A DNA stretch of 64,000 nucleotides from positions 4,128,001 to 4,192,000 of the forward strand of contig OZ219747.1 in NCBI GenBank assembly GCA_964291265.2, read 5' to 3'. The translations under genes were made by a program, and so were the position numbers. The notes below the pieces were generated by a model. It was not told the origin of the DNA, did not search any database, and saw only the letters and a list, made by a program, of their open reading frames with translations. The DNA is from Alphaproteobacteria bacterium (lineage in GTDB: Bacteria; Pseudomonadota; Alphaproteobacteria; SP197). Position 1 is the stretch's first letter, and the number at the start of each line of letters is the position of its first letter. Below are positions 28,700 through 38,381 of this stretch, piece after piece.

Positions 28700-30343
28700 C
28701 TATCTGCCGTAACCGATGGCCTCCTGATACTGCTTGAGAAGCTTGTCACGGCCGAGACGGTCCGTGATCTCCTCCCAGGTCGCAGCGGTATCGGAGAGAG
28801 CCTCCTGAGCCGTCTTCTGGCCGCTCATGGCAGCGGACAGGTTCTTGTCCATGATGTCCCAGTACTCGGGCGCACCCTCAATCCTGAGATAGGTGAGGGT
28901 CGTCGGTGCGGTGAAGTTGTCGTAGTAGGCCTGCGTGTACTCGGCGACATCTTCGGCATTCCAGCCAGCGGCCACGTAGTCCTCGATCTTCGCCTCACCC
29001 AGGGGCTCCAGAAACTGGTAGTAGTATCCCGGATCGACACCGGTCCAGCCGTGATACGCGCCCCAGTTCGACGACGGCTTGATCGCCATCAGCGAGAGGA
29101 ACGAGTAGGCGGCGTCCGGGTTCTCCGAGAACGCCGAGATCACGCCGTGCCATGAGCCGCCTGTGGTGTTGCCGACGCGTTGGGGATTGTCGGTCTCGAC
29201 CCAGGTCTCGTTCTCGTGATCCCAGTACTTGTCTGATGACGGCAGGATGGCCGAACCGCAGATGCCCTTGATCTTGGACCGCGACTCGTCCTGGCAGAGC
29301 GAGCCCACGTCGCCCCAGCTGAACACGAACACCGACTTGCCGCGCAGGAAGTAGTCCCAGGCCTCGCCGAGACTCCAGCCCACCTGCGCCTCGGGGCCCG
29401 TCAGGTGCAGCTCCTGCAGGAACTCGAGTGCGGCGACATGGCCGGGACTGTCGATCATCGGAGCCATGTCGGTGGGGTCGAACCAGTAGACGTTGTGGTG
29501 CTGGGTGACCGCCTCGCCCGGCGTCATGGCGAAGGACGCGGACAGCGACTGGAAGTGATAGTGCCCCTGCTCGCCCACCTTCAGGTGCAGCACGGTGCCG
29601 CTATCAGCCTCGTCGTCGTTGGCATCCCAGTTCTTTCCGTTGAAGTACTGCGAGATATCGAGGAGCTGCTGCCAGGTCTGCGGCGGGACAGGCATGTCGT
29701 AGCCCTTCTCTGCCTTGAACGCGGCTTGGTGCTCGGGATCGTTAAGCACGTCGCGCCGGTAATAGAGCACCTGGCCGTCGGCGTCGTTGAGCACGCCGTA
29801 GCCCACGTCTCCCCAAGTGTGCAGGGTCTTGAGCGAGTCCGGCATGGAATCATAGGTCCACTGCGGATGCTCGCCGCTCTCCATGTACTCCTCGATGGGA
29901 AGCATGTAATCGCCGGCGATCAGATCGCCGTAGAAGAAGGCCCCGACGATGATCCCGTCGTAGAGGCCGGTGCCCTGACGCAGGTCGAGCATCATCTTGG
30001 CGTAAAGGTCGGTGATCGGCGTGAGCGCGATCTCAAGCTTGCCGCCGGAGAGCTCCTCCCAGATCGGGCGGAAACTGAAGATCGGCCCCGAGATCCCGCC
30101 CCGCGGACCCGAATCGAGGGTGAGCACGGTGATCGTAGTGCCCTCGAACGGCGCTTCGCCGGGCCCGAAGAGGGTGCCAAGTTCATCCCGCGAGGTCTTG
30201 ATGACGGCGCCGTCCTCCATGATCAGGTCGACTGAACCATCGTCGTGCCACACGACGTGACTGTCTTGCGCCATTGCGTCTGCCGCGGTCAGTGCTGCGA
30301 GCGCCACACAGGCCGAGACCAAACCAGCTCGTAAGGCCTTCAT
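28700..30343 (-). CDS. Sugar ABC transporter substrate-binding protein
   Basis: Signal peptide; DADGQVLYYRRD and PPQTWQQL motifs. Confidence 0.9.
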   Translation of the reverse strand: MKALRAGLVSACVALAALTAADAMAQDSHVVWHDDGSVDLIMEDGAVIKTSRDELGTLFGPGEAPFEGTTITVLTLDSGPRGGISGPIFSFRPIWEELSGGKLEIALTPITDLYAKMMLDLRQGTGLYDGIIVGAFFYGDLIAGDYMLPIEEYMESGEHPQWTYDSMPDSLKTLHTWGDVGYGVLNDADGQVLYYRRDVLNDPEHQAAFKAEKGYDMPVPPQTWQQLLDISQYFNGKNWDANDDEADSGTVLHLKVGEQGHYHFQSLSASFAMTPGEAVTQHHNVYWFDPTDMAPMIDSPGHVAALEFLQELHLTGPEAQVGWSLGEAWDYFLRGKSVFVFSWGDVGSLCQDESRSKIKGICGSAILPSSDKYWDHENETWVETDNPQRVGNTTGGSWHGVISAFSENPDAAYSFLSLMAIKPSSNWGAYHGWTGVDPGYYYQFLEPLGEAKIEDYVAAGWNAEDVAEYTQAYYDNFTAPTTLTYLRIEGAPEYWDIMDKNLSAAMSGQKTAQEALSDTAATWEEITDRLGRDKLLKQYQEAIGYGR

Positions 30344-30575
30344 CTCTCCATCCCCCCTTGTCGTGAACCGTCATCACCGCTTTCGCAGCGTGATCAGTGA
30401 ATATAGACGACGCGGCCGGCACGGTAAACCGATCAGGACTGTTTTCAGACACCCTGACCTTGCATGGCCGGGTCTTGTCCCCGTGAGCATGACGTCATCC
30501 ACGGCGGTTGGGGGCGGCAGGATGTGGACAACCCCGACTGTGGGAGAGAACCCGGTCCATGGTTGCAGGGAGATT

Positions 30576-30610
30576 CCGCTCCCCTGCTCGAGCAAGCACG
30601 GGGGAGCGGG
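30576..30610. terminator. GC-rich hairpin downstream of ilvE
   Basis: CCGCTCCCC-TGCT...AGCA-CGGGGAGCGG inverted repeat. Confidence 0.4.
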
Positions 30611-30769
30611 GTGCGGGGATCGAACGATCTCCGCGGAGGTTGGTCGGACCGCTTGGGCCTTGGCCTTGCAGAGTTCGGGAATGCTGCCGACTTCGAGATG
30701 ACGGGCGTCGAGGTCTTCGACGGCCTGGTCAGGCAGGTGAAAGCCACGCTCGAGCGTCGATGCGTCCTG

Positions 30770-31648
30770 TCAGGGATTTCTGACTTCGGCGCCGAAATCC
30801 TGCATGAGGGTGCGGCAGATGCGGCCTGGCTGGAAATGCAGGTCGCCGATCTGGCCGACCGGCGTGACCTCGGCAGCCGTGCCCGTGATGAAGACCTCAG
30901 TCGTCCGCGCCAGATCGTCGTCGGTGAGGTGGCGTTCGACGACCTCGATTCCCTGGCGGCGCGCCAGGGCGATCACTGAACGGCGGGTGATGCCGTCCAG
31001 AAAACAGTCGGGCGTCGGGGTGTGGATCTTGTCATCGATCACCAGGAACAGGTTGGCGCCGGTCGCTTCGGCCAGAAATCCTCGGTAATCGTACATCAGC
31101 GCATCGTCGTATCCCTCGCGCTCGGCCTTGTGCTTGGCAAGCGTGCAGATCATGTAGAGGCCGGCGGCCTTGGCGTGGACCGGCGCGGTATCGGGGGCCG
31201 GACGCCGCCATTCGGAAACGGCGAGGCGGATGCCGCGCATGCGCGCCTCCTCGGAGAAGTAGTTCGGCCACTTCCATGCGGCAATCGCCACGTGGATGGT
31301 GTTCTGCTGGGCCGACACACCCATCATCTCGCTGCCGCGCCAGGCCACCGGCCGCACGTAGCCATCGACGATACCGTTGGCGCGGAGCACCTCGTAGCGG
31401 GCTGCCTCCAGGGTCTCGAGCGAATACGGCAGGTCAAACCCCATGATGTTGGCGGAGCGCAGAAGACGCTTTCCATGCTCGCGCGCATGAAAGATCCTGC
31501 CGCCGTAGCAACGTTCGCCCTCGAATACGCTGCTCGCGTAGTGGAGTCCGTGGGTCAGGACATGGAGCCTGGCATCTCGCCAGTCGATCAGCCTTCCGTC
31601 GAACCAGATCGTGCCGTCCCTGTCATCGAACGGAATGAGTTCAGCCAT
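30770..31648 (-). CDS. ilvE: Branched-chain amino acid aminotransferase
   Basis: LHYASSVFEG, AKAAGLY, LDGITR and GTAAEV motifs. Confidence 0.93.
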   Translation of the reverse strand: MAELIPFDDRDGTIWFDGRLIDWRDARLHVLTHGLHYASSVFEGERCYGGRIFHAREHGKRLLRSANIMGFDLPYSLETLEAARYEVLRANGIVDGYVRPVAWRGSEMMGVSAQQNTIHVAIAAWKWPNYFSEEARMRGIRLAVSEWRRPAPDTAPVHAKAAGLYMICTLAKHKAEREGYDDALMYDYRGFLAEATGANLFLVIDDKIHTPTPDCFLDGITRRSVIALARRQGIEVVERHLTDDDLARTTEVFITGTAAEVTPVGQIGDLHFQPGRICRTLMQDFGAEVRNP

Positions 31649-31720
31649 GGCTCCTCATGTTTCAGGAATATCCGGCCGCCTGTCGTGCAACCCCTTGCCC
31701 GGGTAGAACGGTTCATCATA

Positions 31721-31741
31721 TATGTCAATATGGCTGACATA
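31721..31741. promoter_or_regulatory. Palindromic operator TATGTCA-N7-TGACATA over the marR start codon
   Basis: Perfect 7-bp inverted repeat in the divergent ilvE/marR region. Confidence 0.55.
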
Positions 31742-32194
31742 ACACGCGGATCGAATCCCCTGTTCCTGCGCGATGCCGACCTGCGCGAAGGGATCGAGAT
31801 GTTGTACTTTGCCTACCGCGACTTCACGGCCCGGCCCGATGCGATTCTCGCCGAACACGGTCTGGGGCGCGCCCATCACCGGGTCATCTACTTCGTCGGC
31901 CGTCACCCGGGAATGACCGTCAAGGACCTTCTCGCCATCCTGAAGATCACCAAGCAGAGTCTGGCGCGGGTGCTCCGCAAGGTCGTGGCCAAGGGATTCG
32001 TCGAGCAGCGGCACTGCCGGGAAGACCGCCGGCGGCGCCTTCTCTACCTTACCGAACGGGGAATCGAGCTCGAGGCCGAGCTCACGGCCGACCAGCGTGC
32101 CCGTATCGCCAAGGCGTGGCGGGAGGCGGGGCCCGAAGCGGTCGCCGGATACCGCCGCGTGCTCGGCGGCATCATCGACGATGATGGCAGGTGA
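31730..32194 (+). CDS. MarR-family regulator (PetP-like)
   Basis: LYFAYRDFT..GLGRAHHRV..ITKQSLARVL..DRRRRLL. Confidence 0.9.
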   Translation: MADITRGSNPLFLRDADLREGIEMLYFAYRDFTARPDAILAEHGLGRAHHRVIYFVGRHPGMTVKDLLAILKITKQSLARVLRKVVAKGFVEQRHCREDRRRRLLYLTERGIELEAELTADQRARIAKAWREAGPEAVAGYRRVLGGIIDDDGR

Positions 32195-32871
32195 TGAACC
32201 CCGACGGTCCCCATATCCTCGTTGTCGATGATGACCGGCGCTTGAGGACACGTCTGCAGAAATATCTCATGGCCCAGGGATTCCTGGTGAGCACGGCAGG
32301 CAATGCCGCCGACGCCGAGGCCAAGATGAAGTCGCTCGTCTTCGATCTCCTGATCGTCGATGTCATGATGCCCGGCGAGGACGGCATGAGTTTCACCCGC
32401 CGAATCAGGCAAGGAGCCGGCACTCCGATCATCATGCTCACCGCCCGCGACATGGCCGACGACCGCGTGGCCGGACTCGAAGTCGGCGCAGACGACTATC
32501 TCTCCAAGCCATTCGAGCCACGCGAACTCGTCCTGCGCATGCGCAACGCCCTGCGCCTCGTCCCGCCACCTCCTGAAGAGACCGGGGTCCTTTGCTTCGG
32601 ACCCTTCTCCTTCGACCGGCGCCGTCTGGAACTCTCCTGCGGTGGGCATCCGGTGCCCCTCACCGACGCGGAATCGTCCCTGCTCGGGGTCTTCGCCGGA
32701 TCACCGGGTGTCACGCTTTCGCGTTTCCGGCTGGCCCAGAAGGCCGCCACCGCCGAACGCTCGATCGACGTGCAGGTGTCCCGCCTGCGGCGCAAGATCG
32801 AGCGCAATCCCGGCGAGCCGCAGTATCTCAGGACGATCCGCGGCAAGGGCTACGTCCTGATCACGCCATGA
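32191..32871 (+). CDS. OmpR-family response regulator (PetR-like)
   Basis: VVDDD, DVMMPG, KPF and RSIDVQVSRLRRKIE motifs. Confidence 0.93.
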   Translation: MMNPDGPHILVVDDDRRLRTRLQKYLMAQGFLVSTAGNAADAEAKMKSLVFDLLIVDVMMPGEDGMSFTRRIRQGAGTPIIMLTARDMADDRVAGLEVGADDYLSKPFEPRELVLRMRNALRLVPPPPEETGVLCFGPFSFDRRRLELSCGGHPVPLTDAESSLLGVFAGSPGVTLSRFRLAQKAATAERSIDVQVSRLRRKIERNPGEPQYLRTIRGKGYVLITP

Positions 32872-34151
32872 GGCGCTGGCTCCCCAAGTCGATTTTCATC
32901 CGCTCCCTGCTCATCGTCCTGGTGCCGATCGTCATCCTCCAGATCGTCCTCGCCATCGTCTTCTACGAGAGGCACTGGGAGAACGTCACGCGCTACCTCA
33001 CCTCCGCCGTGGCCGGCGAGATCAATGCCCTGATGTGGACGTACACCCATCGCGAGATCGACGAGGCTCTCGCCTTCGGCAACAGCTTCTTCCGGTTTTC
33101 CTCGCGCTTCGTTCCCGGTGACGGACTACCCGGACACCTCAGCGCCGAACGCCAGACGCGGGCCGAAAGACATCTCGAGCACGCGCTGGGCGACATGCTT
33201 GCCGTGCCCTTTGCCATCGACACCACCCCGTCATCCGACGCCATCGTCAGCATCGAGTTGCCGGAAGGCCTGTTGATGATCACCATTCCGAAGAAGCGCA
33301 TGGAAAGCCGAACAACAGACCTCTTCATCTACTGGATGCTCGGTACATCCTTGGCGCTGACCCTCGTCGCCGCCTACTTCGTGCGCCAGCAGATCCGCCC
33401 GATCAACCGCCTCGCGAAGGCTGCCGAACAGTTCGGGCGTGGGATCATCGACGTCAGTTTCAGACCCTCCGGCGCGGCCGAGGTGCGTCGGGCGGCCCAT
33501 GCATTTCTGGCCATGCGCGAACGGATCCGCCGGCAGATCCAGCAGCGTACGCTCATGCTGGCCTCGGTCAGCCACGATCTGCGCAGCCCCCTGACGCGCA
33601 TGAAACTCGAACTCGCCCTCATGGGCGATACCGAGGAGGTGGCGAACCTGAAGCGCGACATCGAGGACATGGAGCACATGGTCGATATCTACCTCGCCTT
33701 TGCCAGGGGCCAGGGCGAGGAGGCTTCCGGGGCATTCGATCTCGCTGCAGTGATCCGCGAGGTGGCATCGGAGGCGCCATTGCCCGTCGAGGTCCGAGTG
33801 ACGGAACCCCTGCCGTTTGAGGGCCGGCAAGGCGCCATGAAACGCTGCCTCACCAACATCGTCGACAACGCCTGCCGATACGGACACCGGGTCGTTCTCG
33901 AAGGGCGCTCCGGAGACGGGTCCATCATCATCACCCTTGACGATGACGGCCCGGGTATCCCCGAAGCCTCCCGGCAGGAGGCCCTTCAGCCCTTTGTCAG
34001 GCTCGACTCCTCCCGTGACCCCAATCTGGGTGGCGGGGGACTGGGCCTCGCTATCGCAAGCGATGTCGTCAAGGGCCACGGCGGCGACATCGTTCTCGCC
34101 GGCTCACCTCCCGGCGGCCTCAGGGTCCGGATCACGCTGCCGTGCGACTGA
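32868..34151 (+). CDS. EnvZ-like sensor histidine kinase
   Basis: Two TMs, HAMP domain, SHDLRSPL, DDDGPGI and GLGLAI motifs. Confidence 0.92.
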   Translation: MRRWLPKSIFIRSLLIVLVPIVILQIVLAIVFYERHWENVTRYLTSAVAGEINALMWTYTHREIDEALAFGNSFFRFSSRFVPGDGLPGHLSAERQTRAERHLEHALGDMLAVPFAIDTTPSSDAIVSIELPEGLLMITIPKKRMESRTTDLFIYWMLGTSLALTLVAAYFVRQQIRPINRLAKAAEQFGRGIIDVSFRPSGAAEVRRAAHAFLAMRERIRRQIQQRTLMLASVSHDLRSPLTRMKLELALMGDTEEVANLKRDIEDMEHMVDIYLAFARGQGEEASGAFDLAAVIREVASEAPLPVEVRVTEPLPFEGRQGAMKRCLTNIVDNACRYGHRVVLEGRSGDGSIIITLDDDGPGIPEASRQEALQPFVRLDSSRDPNLGGGGLGLAIASDVVKGHGGDIVLAGSPPGGLRVRITLPCD

Positions 34152-34173
34152 CCCGGCCTTCGGGTGTCAGCGG

Positions 34174-34500
34174 TCACGCAGGGCTGAATTGCCCGTTGAA
34201 TCCGCGTGGCAGGGAGAGTGGCAGCCATGCCCGCGCCAGCGGACCATCCGCCGCACTCCTTGCGTCAAACACGGCCAGGCCCGCCGTCGAACCGTCGAGG
34301 AAGGAAGCGATCAGCCAGCCGTCATCCTCCTTCGCTGCACGTGAGAAGGGGATGGACAGGTGTTCCTCGACCTGACACCAGGAGACTGGAATCGAGCGCA
34401 CCATCGTCATTCTCGTCATGCATGGCGAAAACGGCATGGCGCCCGTCAGCAGGGTCCCGGAACACCAAGCTGAACGTGCCTGCGACCGCATTGATCCAGA
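34174..34500 (-). pseudogene. Fused relics of DUF2141 and a carotenoid-cleavage oxygenase C-terminus
   Basis: HAVFAMHDENDDGALD (DUF2141-like) abuts EDDGWLI..AVFDA..GPLARAWLPLSLPRGFNGQF (RPE65-like end, normally G.HG). Confidence 0.6.
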
Positions 34501-34778
34501 CGCCTGCCACGGCGCCCCGGTCATCTGTGGAAGCTGAGGTCGGCACGCTCCTGGTGCAGGGTCAAGAGAACGCGTCCGTCATCGAAGCGGATTCCGGTCA
34601 CGTCGATCGCCAGTTCACCCGCGAGAGCGGAGGCATGGATACCAAGGATCGCAAGGGTGAGTGTCGTCAGTCGTTTCATGATGAATGGCTACCGGTCGGT
34701 TGAAACGCTGACGCCAATTCGGCACGGTCGTGCAGAGCTTCAATCGCCACTGCGCAAAAGGCTTGGGATCCTTCGCCG

Positions 34779-35555
34779 ATGAATGTCACGTTGCCGTTCG
34801 CGTCACGCGTATCGACACGGCGCCTGCGTCGCCATCTCGTCGCCGTGGTGCTGTCGATCGCCGTTTTCTCGTGGCTGGCCCCCTTCGGCACGGCCACCCG
34901 TCTCGAACCGGGAATCCTGGTGGCCTACTGGGCCGCGGCGATTGCCGGCAACTGGCTGATTGCCATGACCACGGTTCCCTTCGCCATTCGCCTCTTCCAG
35001 AAGGCAGGCAGGCCCGCTCTTGCCGGGATTGCGGCGGGCTCGGCGATCGCCGCCCTGCCCGGCACCGGCCTCGTGTGGATGCTCGAGTGGGGACTCGCCG
35101 GCACCTCCGCCTCGGCGGCCATGCTGGCATGGCTCTACGCCTGTGTGGTGGTGGTCTACCTCGTACTGGCGTTCCTTTCCTGGCAACTCGTCGAACTGCC
35201 CCTGCAGGTGCCCGAGGAGAGCGTCACGCCGCCGCCGCCACGCCGCGCGCCCTTCCTGTCACGCCTGCCGACCCGCCTGGGCGAGGACCTGCTTCATCTT
35301 CACATGCAGGACCACTACGTCGAGGCGGCGACTCCGGGGGGAAGCGAACTCGTACTCTTGCGTTTCCGCGATGCCCTGCGCGAGGTCGAGGGCCTCGACG
35401 GCATGCAGGTCCATCGTTCCCACTGGGTGGCGCGCGGTGCTGTCAATCGCGTGGTGCGGCGTGAGGGGCGCATCTTCCTCGAACTCAGCAACGGTGCCAG
35501 GGTGCCGGTGAGCCGTTCCTTCCAGCCGGCTTTGCGGAAGAACGGCTGGTTGTAG
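34779..35555 (+). CDS. Membrane-anchored LytTR-domain regulator
   Basis: Four TMs followed by QDHYVE, QVHRSHWVA and VPVSRS motifs. Confidence 0.9.
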   Translation: MNVTLPFASRVSTRRLRRHLVAVVLSIAVFSWLAPFGTATRLEPGILVAYWAAAIAGNWLIAMTTVPFAIRLFQKAGRPALAGIAAGSAIAALPGTGLVWMLEWGLAGTSASAAMLAWLYACVVVVYLVLAFLSWQLVELPLQVPEESVTPPPPRRAPFLSRLPTRLGEDLLHLHMQDHYVEAATPGGSELVLLRFRDALREVEGLDGMQVHRSHWVARGAVNRVVRREGRIFLELSNGARVPVSRSFQPALRKNGWL

Positions 35556-35561
35556 GACGCC

Positions 35562-35906
35562 CTACCCGAGGCGGGCGCCGTCGGGGACGCTGCTGTCAGG
35601 AGAGATGAGCACGATGGCGTCGTCATGATCGGCAAACCCCAGGGTGAGGACCTCCGACATGAAGGGACCGATCTGGCGCGGAGCGAAGTTGACCACGGCC
35701 GCCACCTGGCGGCCGACAAGATCATCCGCCGTGTAGCGGTCGGTGATCTGCGCCGAACTCCTGCGCGTGCCGATCTTCTCTCCGAAGTCGATCCAGAGCT
35801 TCAGGGCCGGCCTGCGGGCCTCGGGAAAGGGTTCGGCCCGGACCACGGTGCCTGCCCGGATGTCGACATCGAGAAAGGCGTCGAACGGAATGACGGGCGG
35901 GCTCAC
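35562..35906 (-). CDS. csaA: CsaA tRNA-binding protein / chaperone
   Basis: VDIRAGTV..SSAQIT..VVNFAPRQIG..SEVLTLG. Confidence 0.92.
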   Translation of the reverse strand: MSPPVIPFDAFLDVDIRAGTVVRAEPFPEARRPALKLWIDFGEKIGTRRSSAQITDRYTADDLVGRQVAAVVNFAPRQIGPFMSEVLTLGFADHDDAIVLISPDSSVPDGARLG

Positions 35907-36508
35907 GCACCGGCCTCTTCTGGTTCCGGACCCGGCGTGCGCCAGGCGAAATTCTGCAGACGTTCGGCCAAGACCAGTCTCTTGTCGAGATGGGCCATGG
36001 TGCGCGCCATGTCGTCGCTCTCATCGAACTGCCAGACGCGAAGCACATCGAGCCAGACCAGCATGAGACCCTTCGTACGCAGGGCGCCGGCCGGACCTCC
36101 GGAATCGATCCCCGCCGCCTCCAGCATCCAACGCATCGAAGCCTGTGTCAGACAGAAGCCCTGAAGGGCCGACGCCGGGTTCCCCCGTGAAGCACGAATG
36201 ATGGACCAGGCCGCCTTGCGGTGAGCCGAAAGCACATCGAGCCGGCGCATGATGACATCGAACAGTCGATCCCTTGGCGATTCATCGCCAAGGTCGCCGG
36301 TGTCGCCGGACAGCACCGCCGCATCGATTCGGGCGGAAAACGCCTTCAGTATGGCGTTGCGTGTCGGATAGACGGCATGGAGTTCCGCCAGCGAGACACC
36401 GCTGGCCTCGGCAAGGTCACGCATGGTGAAATCGCGCCAGCCTGCCGTTGCCGCCAGGTCCAGGGCGGCGTCGAGGAGGACATCGGAAACGTCCGCTTTT
36501 CTGGCCAT
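35903..36508 (-). CDS. TetR-like protein
   Basis: N-terminal HTH; PRDRLFDVIMRR and TMAHLDKRL, a conserved alphaproteobacterial type. Confidence 0.8.
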   Translation of the reverse strand: MARKADVSDVLLDAALDLAATAGWRDFTMRDLAEASGVSLAELHAVYPTRNAILKAFSARIDAAVLSGDTGDLGDESPRDRLFDVIMRRLDVLSAHRKAAWSIIRASRGNPASALQGFCLTQASMRWMLEAAGIDSGGPAGALRTKGLMLVWLDVLRVWQFDESDDMARTMAHLDKRLVLAERLQNFAWRTPGPEPEEAGA

Positions 36509-36578
36509 TCTCCTTCCCGCCTTCACATGCACCGAGACTAGTCCGTCATCCATGACGTGGCAAACCGGAACTGCCGAG

Positions 36579-37394
36579 TCACTGCCGGCCGAGTTCCCTG
36601 GAACGCCGGGTGGCTGCAGCGACAGCCCGGTCGAACAACGACTGCATGCCGTCCTCGGCCATGAGAACGCTAAGGGCTTCAAGCGTCGTGCCTCCGGGAC
36701 TCGAGACATTGCGCCGCAGCTGGGCCGGAGTCTCCTTGGCCTGCAGCGCCAGTTCGCCTGCGCCGGCGACCGTGTGGAGAGCCAGTCTTGAGGCAACCGC
36801 TTCGGGCAGGCCGTTCGCGACACCGGCGCGGGTCAGGGTCTCGATGAGAAGAAAGACATAGGCCGGACCACCGCCGGAGAGTGCCGTCACGGCATCCATG
36901 AGCGATTCATCGTCCAGCCAGATGGTCTCCCCGACGCTTGCCAGCAAGGATTCGGCCGTTCCCCTCGATTCGCGCGTCACGTGGCTGTTCGCCACCAGGG
37001 CGGTGATTCCCCTGCCGATGGCCGCCGGCGTATTGGGCATGGTGCGGACCACCGGTACCATGGGTCCGAGATGCCGTTCGAACCAGGCGAGCGACTTGCC
37101 GGCGGCAATGGAGACAACGAGCGGGCGTCGGTCAAGCGCGTCACCAAGTGATCCGGCGACGTCCTCCATGACCTGTGGCTTGACGGCAAAGACGACCACA
37201 GCCGGTCGCAGACCCGGCGGCACCGCGTCTGCAACCTCGACGCCGTGGCACCGCCGCGCCTCCCCGGCCGCCGCCGTGTCGGGTTCCACCACAAGGATGG
37301 CACCCGGAGCCACGCTCCGGTTCACCCAGCCCGACAGCATGGCGCTGCCCATCCTGCCACACCCGAGCAGCAGGACCGGCGCCGGCAACGTCAT
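36579..37394 (-). CDS. proC: Pyrroline-5-carboxylate reductase
   Basis: GCGRMG, AVKPQ, RTMPNTP and SSPGGTT motifs. Confidence 0.95.
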   Translation of the reverse strand: MTLPAPVLLLGCGRMGSAMLSGWVNRSVAPGAILVVEPDTAAAGEARRCHGVEVADAVPPGLRPAVVVFAVKPQVMEDVAGSLGDALDRRPLVVSIAAGKSLAWFERHLGPMVPVVRTMPNTPAAIGRGITALVANSHVTRESRGTAESLLASVGETIWLDDESLMDAVTALSGGGPAYVFLLIETLTRAGVANGLPEAVASRLALHTVAGAGELALQAKETPAQLRRNVSSPGGTTLEALSVLMAEDGMQSLFDRAVAAATRRSRELGRQ

Positions 37395-37397
37395 CGC

Positions 37398-37901
37398 TCA
37401 GGCCTCGCCGACGGGATCGATGATCGCCGCCTGCACTGCCTCCTCGGCGGACTTGTCCTGCCAGATCACGTACTGGAAGGCGGGATAGAACCGCTCACAT
37501 TCCGAAATGGTGATGTCGATCACGTCGCCCAGGAGTTCCTCGGTGGGATAGCCTTGCCCGTTGAGCAGAATGGCCTGGCGAAATGTCGGCACGTTCTCGT
37601 CGGCGAACACGTCGAAATGACCGACCCACAGGCGCTCGTTCACGAAGGCGAGAAGTGAGTGAACCGACTTGATGCTGGCTTCGGGCACCTGCATGTCGAG
37701 GGCACATGACATCATGATGCAGGCCAGTTCCTCCTCCCAGCCGAACCAGATGCGGTAGACACACCAGCGGCCTGCGATCTCGACCGCCAGTTCGTTGTCG
37801 TTGACCCGCTCGTGTGTCCAGCCGTGGTAGGCGATGAACCGTTCGACCGGATCGAGCGCATGCTGATCCGGCTTGCCGGGGCGTTCCTGAAGACTTGTCA
37901 C
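37398..37901 (-). CDS. YbjN-domain protein
   Basis: NERLWVGHF and ECERFYPAFQYVIW; conserved position next to proC. Confidence 0.85.
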   Translation of the reverse strand: MTSLQERPGKPDQHALDPVERFIAYHGWTHERVNDNELAVEIAGRWCVYRIWFGWEEELACIMMSCALDMQVPEASIKSVHSLLAFVNERLWVGHFDVFADENVPTFRQAILLNGQGYPTEELLGDVIDITISECERFYPAFQYVIWQDKSAEEAVQAAIIDPVGEA

Positions 37902-37994
37902 ATGAAGGCCCTACCAGAGCGAAGGTCAGGAGATGGCGGAATCGCCGACAAACTGCCAAACTGCGGTGACGCTGGCAAGAAGTCGACGAGCGCT

Positions 37995-38255
37995 TCAGGC
38001 GCGCCGCTTGCGCTCGAACGCACTCTCGAGTGCCTTGATGCGCTCGGAAAGCCGCTCGTTCTCCTCGCGCGCCAGGGCCGCCATGTCACGGACCACCTCG
38101 AACTCCTCGCGGCGCACGAGATCCATGCGCGCCAGCAAAAGTTCGGCATGCTGGCGGGCGCGCTGACGCATCTCGGCCCTTGCGCCACCGGCGACGCTGA
38201 GTGCCCCCGACAGAACACGCGCCAAGTCGTCGAGGATCCTGTTGTCTGTCTGCAT
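37995..38255 (-). CDS. ubiK: UbiK/BMFP accessory factor
   Basis: ILDDLARV..MDLVRREEFEVVRDMA..AREENERL. Confidence 0.85.
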   Translation of the reverse strand: MQTDNRILDDLARVLSGALSVAGGARAEMRQRARQHAELLLARMDLVRREEFEVVRDMAALAREENERLSERIKALESAFERKRRA

Positions 38256-38381
38256 GGCGAACCTCCAGGCTGCCTTCCGATGATCCCATGGTTGCCGTAT
38301 CCGGCCGGCAAATCCAGACTTTCCGGCAGTGGACTCCGGCACGTTCTGCGCCTTATGTTCGGGTGTCTCCGGGTGCCGCCC

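Noticed and set aside
25927-29155. Long plus-strand ORFs (588 aa and 511 aa)
   Set aside because: Antisense to the ABC permeases and the relic ORF, with no recognisable motifs.
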